DNA of 11,431 bases from a virus: UHGV virus genome UHGV-1944538. One strand, given 5' to 3'. A program made the translations under genes and the position numbers. The notes below the pieces were generated by a model. The model ran no database searches. It was given only the letters and a program-made list of their open reading frames with translations, and was not told where the DNA came from. Below, one piece after another: positions 6,599 to 11,431 of the stretch; the first letter of the stretch is position 1; every line of letters starts with the position of its first letter.

Positions 6599-8647
6599 AT
6601 GGCACAATTTAAAGTTGATAGTTTTATCGTTGAGCTAGGCTTCAGCGAGAACGTTATTAAGGGCTTGCAAAGAGTTGAAAAGGCAGCTTTGCAGTCAGCA
6701 CAAAGAATTGAACGTAATTTGAATAGAGCGTTTAAGGTCGATACCAAGCAATTTGACAGCAATCTGACAAGTTCTTTGAAGTCAATGGAAGGAAAAATTA
6801 ATAAGACCTTTGACCGTCTGGAAGCTAGAGCAAAAAATACTAAAGCTTTCCAGTTTACCACCAGATTTAATGACACTGTTAATCCTCCAAAACAACCGAG
6901 ACAGCCACGAATTAGCGGAAACAGAGCAATCACAGCAGCTTATTCAGCTAATATGACCAAGCTGAAAGGTCTTAACCCAATTGTCGAGAAATACATTAAG
7001 AGCCAGTTTTACGCATTAAGTAGTAAAGCTGGTCAGATGGATAACACCAAGTTTAATGAAGCCCTTGCTAAACTAAATTCAAGTGTAAGAGAAGCAATCA
7101 CTAAAGCCAGAGGTCATACATCCACCAGCATTAACGGTGACAGAGCAGCTAATAGTCTTGATAGTTTGAGTTCAGCAGCAGTTAAAACAGCAGGTGCATT
7201 TATCAGCTTTCAAGCTGTACTATCCGCTTATCAGCGAGTAATGGAAGTTGGCCTTCAACGTGCATCATCGGAAAGAAGTATTGATTTCGTATTTGATAAA
7301 GATGCAGGCCAAGTAAAAGAGTTCACAAAGTCATTAGCTCAAACAACGGGTTTAGATATCGCTGAACTGCAATCACAGTTTGCTGGTTTTGGTGCTTCAG
7401 CTAAAGAGTCTATGGGTATTCAAGGTTCTGAAGAACTTTTTAAAAGTATGATTGGCTATTCTCGTTTAATGGGTCGAAGTGAAGAAGAGATTAAGCGAGC
7501 ACTGACAGCATTATCACAGATGGCTGGTAAGGGTCAGATTATGGCTGAAGAGCTTAAGGGGCAATTAGCTGAAGCTGTTCCTGGTATGGTTCAGGTATTC
7601 GCTAAAGCAACCGGAAAGACTGAACAGGAATTATTTGATGCCATGAAGAAGGGGGCTTTAAAATCTGCCGATACTCTTCAGAAGGTCACTCAGGAACTGA
7701 ATAGACAAATCACCGCTAAAGGTGGCTGGAAAGCTATTTCAGAAAGTACACAGGCACAGCTAGGGAACCTGAAAAACTCTTGGAATACCACGCTTGATAG
7801 TATCTTCAGAGGTTCTGAAAATGGTCTGCAAGATTTCACACGAAGCCTAACAACGCTTTTAAACGCTCTTGGTGGAAGTGGTAAAACATTAGGTGAAAGT
7901 TTTGGTAGCTTGATGAGCGATATGTCACATGGTGTCGATAACCTGACTGATATTAGTTACAGGGTAAGGGCGTTCTTTGACGAGGTGACATTGGCTTATC
8001 GTGGTTTAACCGATGAACAAAAGAAAGTTGTTGATGCTTTAGGTTCTGGCTTGATTAATAGTTTAAAAGTCTTGGCTGGTGTTATTGCTGTGAATAAAGT
8101 TGTTGGTGTAACCAGAAGTATTTACGGGCTTATGACTGCTATCACAAGATTAGGTCAGGTCGCTGATACTACAGTGGATAACGTGAATAGAAAGAACGGG
8201 AAACCATCAAGGTTTAATCTTGGGAATATGCTATTAGCTGGTAGTGCTATCTATGCAGGTTATGAGAGATTAGCTTCTACGCCTGAACGAATGGAAGCAC
8301 AAGCTAAATTACCAGAGCTGGCTAAAGAGTCTGGACTTAAGCCAGTATTTACTATGGACGATGTGAAAGGTTGGTTTAATAGTGCAGCTATGAATCTTGC
8401 TAACTTCCAGCATCCAGAATTAATCACCATGAGACAAGATGCGGCATTAACGAATACGGATATCCAAAGCCTGAGAGATGAAATTAGTGCTTTGAGCAAA
8501 CGTATTCAGGAGCCTGTGAAAGTTTCACTTGGTGGTGAAGTTGCCATTAAACCAGATGAAACCAGCTTTATGACCTTTAGCAGTAATATCTACGACCAAT
8601 ACGCAGAAGCTACGCTATTAAGTTCATCATTCCCAGAAGATGATTGA
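6599..8647 (+). CDS. 682-aa protein with a tape-measure-type domain (central GKGQIMAEELKGQLAEAVPGMVQVFAKATGKTEQELFDAMKKGALKSADTLQKVTQEL segment) and a coiled-coil-rich N-terminus
   Basis: Long ORF; the central segment resembles, from memory, the conserved domain of siphovirus/lambdoid tape measure proteins. GAGGTG lies 11 nt upstream of the ATG. Domain assignment not verified by search. Confidence 0.75.
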   Translation: MAQFKVDSFIVELGFSENVIKGLQRVEKAALQSAQRIERNLNRAFKVDTKQFDSNLTSSLKSMEGKINKTFDRLEARAKNTKAFQFTTRFNDTVNPPKQPRQPRISGNRAITAAYSANMTKLKGLNPIVEKYIKSQFYALSSKAGQMDNTKFNEALAKLNSSVREAITKARGHTSTSINGDRAANSLDSLSSAAVKTAGAFISFQAVLSAYQRVMEVGLQRASSERSIDFVFDKDAGQVKEFTKSLAQTTGLDIAELQSQFAGFGASAKESMGIQGSEELFKSMIGYSRLMGRSEEEIKRALTALSQMAGKGQIMAEELKGQLAEAVPGMVQVFAKATGKTEQELFDAMKKGALKSADTLQKVTQELNRQITAKGGWKAISESTQAQLGNLKNSWNTTLDSIFRGSENGLQDFTRSLTTLLNALGGSGKTLGESFGSLMSDMSHGVDNLTDISYRVRAFFDEVTLAYRGLTDEQKKVVDALGSGLINSLKVLAGVIAVNKVVGVTRSIYGLMTAITRLGQVADTTVDNVNRKNGKPSRFNLGNMLLAGSAIYAGYERLASTPERMEAQAKLPELAKESGLKPVFTMDDVKGWFNSAAMNLANFQHPELITMRQDAALTNTDIQSLRDEISALSKRIQEPVKVSLGGEVAIKPDETSFMTFSSNIYDQYAEATLLSSSFPEDD

Positions 8648-8658
8648 TAATAGTCGAA

Positions 8659-8728
8659 TGCTACGTGAAATCTCCTGAACGGATATACCCACCAAAAATT
8701 ATTTTTCACGTAGCTCACGCTTAACAGA
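8659..8728 (+). repeat. 70-bp direct repeat, copy 2 (perfect 11-bp inverted arms GCTACGTGAAA / TTTCACGTAGC), immediately after the 6599-8647 gene and upstream of the 8805 gene
   Basis: Near-identical to 6514-6583; the two copies bracket the tape-measure-like gene. Confidence 0.8.
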
Positions 8729-8804
8729 TAAAACACTTATATATCAAAGGCTTGGTTAAAAATGATTAAAATACACTAAGCCTTTGAAATCAAAGGAGAA
8801 TTTA

Positions 8805-9578
8805 ATGATTTACACTAATCAGCTTCGTTACACTGGCAAAGATGGCGTTTACTTCCACTTAAGAGATAATGTAGATGCCTTCTTAACTTTATCAGCAACT
8901 GAAAATATGGAATTTGACAGCCCTATGCAGGTAACTACACAGAACATGCAATCAGGGCAAACCGTCACAGATAATGTGCAAAGAGCACCCAGAACAATCA
9001 CTATTAGCGGTGTCGTTGTAGTTGGCTATGAAGGAAGCTTATTATTAACTCGTCAGGGTCAATTAGTAGAAAACTTCATTGACACTCTTGAAAGCTGGAG
9101 AGACCAGAAGCAAATTATTTCGGTCATCTGTAAAGACGGTATCAAAATTGATGATTCCATTATTACGAGTTTTAAAGCCTCTAAAGATGTTGGTATTTCA
9201 AATGGTCTAAGAGTCCAGCTAACTTTTCAGGAAATTAACTTTAAAGCTATTGTGGGTCAGACTGATATTTCATCTGCGACTGGAAAAGCCGCGACTACTA
9301 ATGATGGTGGTGCTACCAGTAAAAAGAATGCGGGTAACGTGACTACTGAACGCAATAACGCACCTATGTTGCTGTGTCAGGAACTGTACAGCTACTCAGC
9401 ATCTGAGCTATCTGATGAAGCGTTAAAAGCCCGTAGTAATTGCTCTAAAAATGTCACGGTGAAAGATGGTGTAAGCACCTTCTCAGATGCCGCTAATGCG
9501 CAAGCTTCAAAAGTGCTTAAGTCGGGTAATGCTTTACGGAAGTTTAGTGTGAATCCGAATAAGAAGGGCACTTATTGA
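8805..9578 (+). CDS. Hypothetical protein, 257 aa, with a Ser/Thr/Asn/Gly-rich linker ([30 protein letters not shown]); positionally a possible tail-module partner of the upstream gene
   Basis: AGGAG at 8794-8798, 6 nt before ATG 8805; the track's earlier start at 8784 is a TTG without an RBS. No confident domain assignment. Confidence 0.65.
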   Translation: MIYTNQLRYTGKDGVYFHLRDNVDAFLTLSATENMEFDSPMQVTTQNMQSGQTVTDNVQRAPRTITISGVVVVGYEGSLLLTRQGQLVENFIDTLESWRDQKQIISVICKDGIKIDDSIITSFKASKDVGISNGLRVQLTFQEINFKAIVGQTDISSATGKAATTNDGGATSKKNAGNVTTERNNAPMLLCQELYSYSASELSDEALKARSNCSKNVTVKDGVSTFSDAANAQASKVLKSGNALRKFSVNPNKKGTY

Positions 9579-9594
9579 TTGGTAACAATACCAA
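9577..9594. other. Hairpin (ATTGGTA-ACAA-TACCAAT) in the 19-bp gap between convergent genes; possible bidirectional terminator
   Basis: Perfect 7-bp inverted repeat between the stop codons at 9576-9578 (plus) and 9598-9600 (minus); A/T-rich, so weak. Confidence 0.25.
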
Positions 9595-9597
9595 TTC

Positions 9598-11241
9598 CTA
9601 AGCGTCCACCTCTTCCATATCACCAGCAGGATAAATCCTTGTTACTGGTTCACCAAAAATAAGCATATCATCTAGTGACTGCATCTCATCGGTTGCTTCT
9701 TCAAGCGTTAAGGTGTGGTCATCTTTACCATCAAGAGGGAAACCACGAATCATATTTCCATTGTGAAGATATATATCAACCAGCTTTTCATTACCAGAAA
9801 CAACAATCTCTTTCACCAGACGCTTAATGATAATCTGGGCTTCAGTTCTCCCCTCTACAGACTCCATATCAAGACCGCTTAAATCCAAGCTTGATACAGA
9901 TTTTACCCTCGCCTTTTCTCGTGATAACTGAACTATCAGTTCATCTTTTTCTTCCTGCTTAATCCGTAGTGCTTCTTGAATCTGAGTGATGTTAGGAAGC
10001 TGTATCAGCGTCTCAGTGAGTTTTTCCAGTTCACTATCAACGGTGTTTAGTCTGCGTTGTAGCTCATCTAATTTAGCTGTGTCAGTAGCTTCATCGTGTA
10101 GCTGTGACAGTTTGCTGAACAGACGACTACAAAGCTGTGTATCAAGTAACTTTCTGGACACTGTACCGTAGCTACAACGGGACTCCTTATTACCATTGCA
10201 ACGGTAAGTACCTTGATAAACGGGTTTACGTATCCCTGTAGGAGTCATTACAAGCCCACACTTACAACGGATAAGCCCCTTCAGTATGTTCACATATAGC
10301 CAGTGTTCACCGCTGGATGTTTTCCCCTTCCCTGTTTCCTCTAACAGTTGCTGTACAGCGTAAAACTTAGAGTCTGTGACAATCTGAGGATAGAACCCTT
10401 CAATTTCTTCACGTAACACTGTTTTACGGTCTTCTGTAGAAATCTTAGCGGGAAGGTAACCTAATACACTTCGTGAAGTCAGGATGTGTTTAACGCTTAA
10501 TGCTGACCAGTTGCCATCCGGTTTCTTAGTCTTGGATATTCTGACCTTACGCTGATTAATGGTCGGGTAACCTTGTTCGTTTAGCCATTTGCAGATAGCA
10601 AACATCGACATACCAGAAAGACGCTTGTCATAGATGATATTCACCAGTGACGCTTTATCTTCATCAACGATGTAGTGTGAACCGTCTTCTGATAGCTCTA
10701 ACCATCCGGGGGCTTGCTTACCCATAGGCTTCTTAAGTTCTCTTGCAAGCTGTGTTTTATGGTTCCAGACCTGAGCTATACGCTTTTGCTTAACAAGAGA
10801 TTCTTGGTGTGCTCGCTCAGCTATGATGATGTGCTTAATCAACTTCACAGGGTCTGTTAATGCTGATTTGTCGTAGAGTTCACCATCTCCCAGAGTCAGT
10901 ATAGAGACCCCTTTCCTCAGTATCTGCCTGACATCATCTATAGCTGTGTCGATATCAGCCCTACTGAAGCGGTCAAAGTTCTCTACAACAATCAAGGAAC
11001 CTTCTGGAATAGCCTCAGACATAACATTTTCAAACATACGTCTGAAGTCAGAACCTTGATTCTTATGTTGCTGGTGAAAACCAGATTTACCCTTATCAAC
11101 ATATCTGTGAGCAGGAAGAAGGTAATAATCGTTTTTGTGCTTAGAGTAGAAAGCATCAATGAGGTTTGTTTGCCGTCTTAAGGAGTCTCCTGAGTCTTGC
11201 TCTTTAGTACTCCACCTGATGTATGTCACTAGCAGCTTCAT
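9598..11241 (-). CDS. int: Large serine recombinase (serine integrase) of the element
   Basis: 547 aa. N-terminal resolvase-type motif YIRWSTKEQ with a candidate nucleophile Ser; Cys-rich zinc-ribbon-like segment [11 protein letters not shown]...[14 protein letters not shown]; C-terminal coiled coil. Located next to attR and read inward. Confidence 0.9.
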   Translation of the reverse strand: MKLLVTYIRWSTKEQDSGDSLRRQTNLIDAFYSKHKNDYYLLPAHRYVDKGKSGFHQQHKNQGSDFRRMFENVMSEAIPEGSLIVVENFDRFSRADIDTAIDDVRQILRKGVSILTLGDGELYDKSALTDPVKLIKHIIIAERAHQESLVKQKRIAQVWNHKTQLARELKKPMGKQAPGWLELSEDGSHYIVDEDKASLVNIIYDKRLSGMSMFAICKWLNEQGYPTINQRKVRISKTKKPDGNWSALSVKHILTSRSVLGYLPAKISTEDRKTVLREEIEGFYPQIVTDSKFYAVQQLLEETGKGKTSSGEHWLYVNILKGLIRCKCGLVMTPTGIRKPVYQGTYRCNGNKESRCSYGTVSRKLLDTQLCSRLFSKLSQLHDEATDTAKLDELQRRLNTVDSELEKLTETLIQLPNITQIQEALRIKQEEKDELIVQLSREKARVKSVSSLDLSGLDMESVEGRTEAQIIIKRLVKEIVVSGNEKLVDIYLHNGNMIRGFPLDGKDDHTLTLEEATDEMQSLDDMLIFGEPVTRIYPAGDMEEVDA

Positions 11242-11292
11242 ATCTTCGGACTATGCTTATCTAAGTGGTTCATTGAACAGGAGAACAATGAT

Positions 11293-11431
11293 ATGAGTGT
11301 TAAGGCAAGAATACTAGTGCTTTATTATTCCATGTACGGACATATTGAAACGATGGCACGCGCAGTTGCTGAGGGTGCAAGCAAAGTCGATGGCGCAGAA
11401 GTTGTCGTTAAGCGTGTACCGGAAACCATGC
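11293..11431 (+). CDS. wrbA: wrbA, NAD(P)H:quinone oxidoreductase, 5' part with element-supplied start ([46 protein letters not shown]); partial, runs off the window
   Basis: From 11317 the sequence and translation match the WrbA N-terminus as I remember it (native [43 protein letters not shown]); AGGAG at 11279-11283 upstream of the new ATG. Confidence 0.85.
   Translation, partial: MSVKARILVLYYSMYGHIETMARAVAEGASKVDGAEVVVKRVPETM
11317..11323. repeat. attR core GTGCTTT
   Basis: Identical to 51-57; wrbA identity resumes exactly here. Confidence 0.6.

Larger units (their letters stand above)
51..11323. mobile_element. Integrated AT-rich element of about 11.3 kb in the 5' end of wrbA, bounded by direct copies of GTGCTTT, with a serine integrase next to attR
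   Basis: Split wrbA at both window ends; 7-bp GTGCTTT at 51-57 and 11317-11323; integrase at 9598-11241; interior visibly more AT-rich than the wrbA flanks (by eye, not computed). Confidence 0.75.

Noticed and set aside
6388-6933. 181-aa minus-strand ORF
   Set aside because: Antisense to the start of the tape-measure-like gene and spanning the terminator and repeat copy 1; Cys/Leu-rich with no RBS.
8260-8499. 79-aa minus-strand ORF inside the tape-measure-like gene
   Set aside because: Antisense and nested within a well-supported long ORF.
2370-8728. Possible CRISPR array from the direct repeats
   Set aside because: There are only two or three copies, of 54-70 bp, with irregular spacing of 95 bp to 2.1 kb and a protein-coding gene between them; this does not fit CRISPR repeat-spacer architecture.
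9986-10171. 61-aa plus-strand ORF inside the integrase gene
   Set aside because: Antisense to the integrase; Ser/Cys-rich low-complexity translation.
51-11323. Stx-converting lambdoid prophage, since wrbA is a classic site for these
   Set aside because: The element is only about 11 kb, uses a serine rather than tyrosine-type recombinase, is AT-rich and has no recognisable lambdoid regulatory, lysis or stx genes.

Overview
The window captures, end to end, one AT-rich integrated element of about 11.3 kb inserted into the 5' end of wrbA. The left junction (36-57) keeps the native wrbA start (ATGGCTAAAGTTCTGGTGCTTT) and the right junction (11317 onward) resumes the wrbA reading frame; a 7-bp GTGCTTT is present at both junctions. 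The element supplies a new start codon and N-terminus for wrbA (11293). A large serine recombinase (9598-11241, minus) sits next to attR. Other cargo: a free-standing HNH-AP2 homing endonuclease (994-1518, minus), a tightly coupled four-gene operon of small proteins ending in a truncated HNH-like paralog (3112-4454), further unknown ORFs, and a 682-aa protein with a tape-measure-type domain (6599-8647) bracketed by two near-identical 70-bp direct repeats. No capsid, terminase, portal, replication initiator or helicase/primase gene is evident. Non-coding DNA is unusually abundant (58-993, 1725-3111, 5018-5468) and densely patterned with repeat families, promoter-like sites, terminator hairpins and a candidate small RNA. 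My leading interpretation is a previously undescribed phage-satellite-like or hitchhiker element of a virulent low-GC phage; this is inference. All domain calls are by eye and memory, with no database search or computation run.
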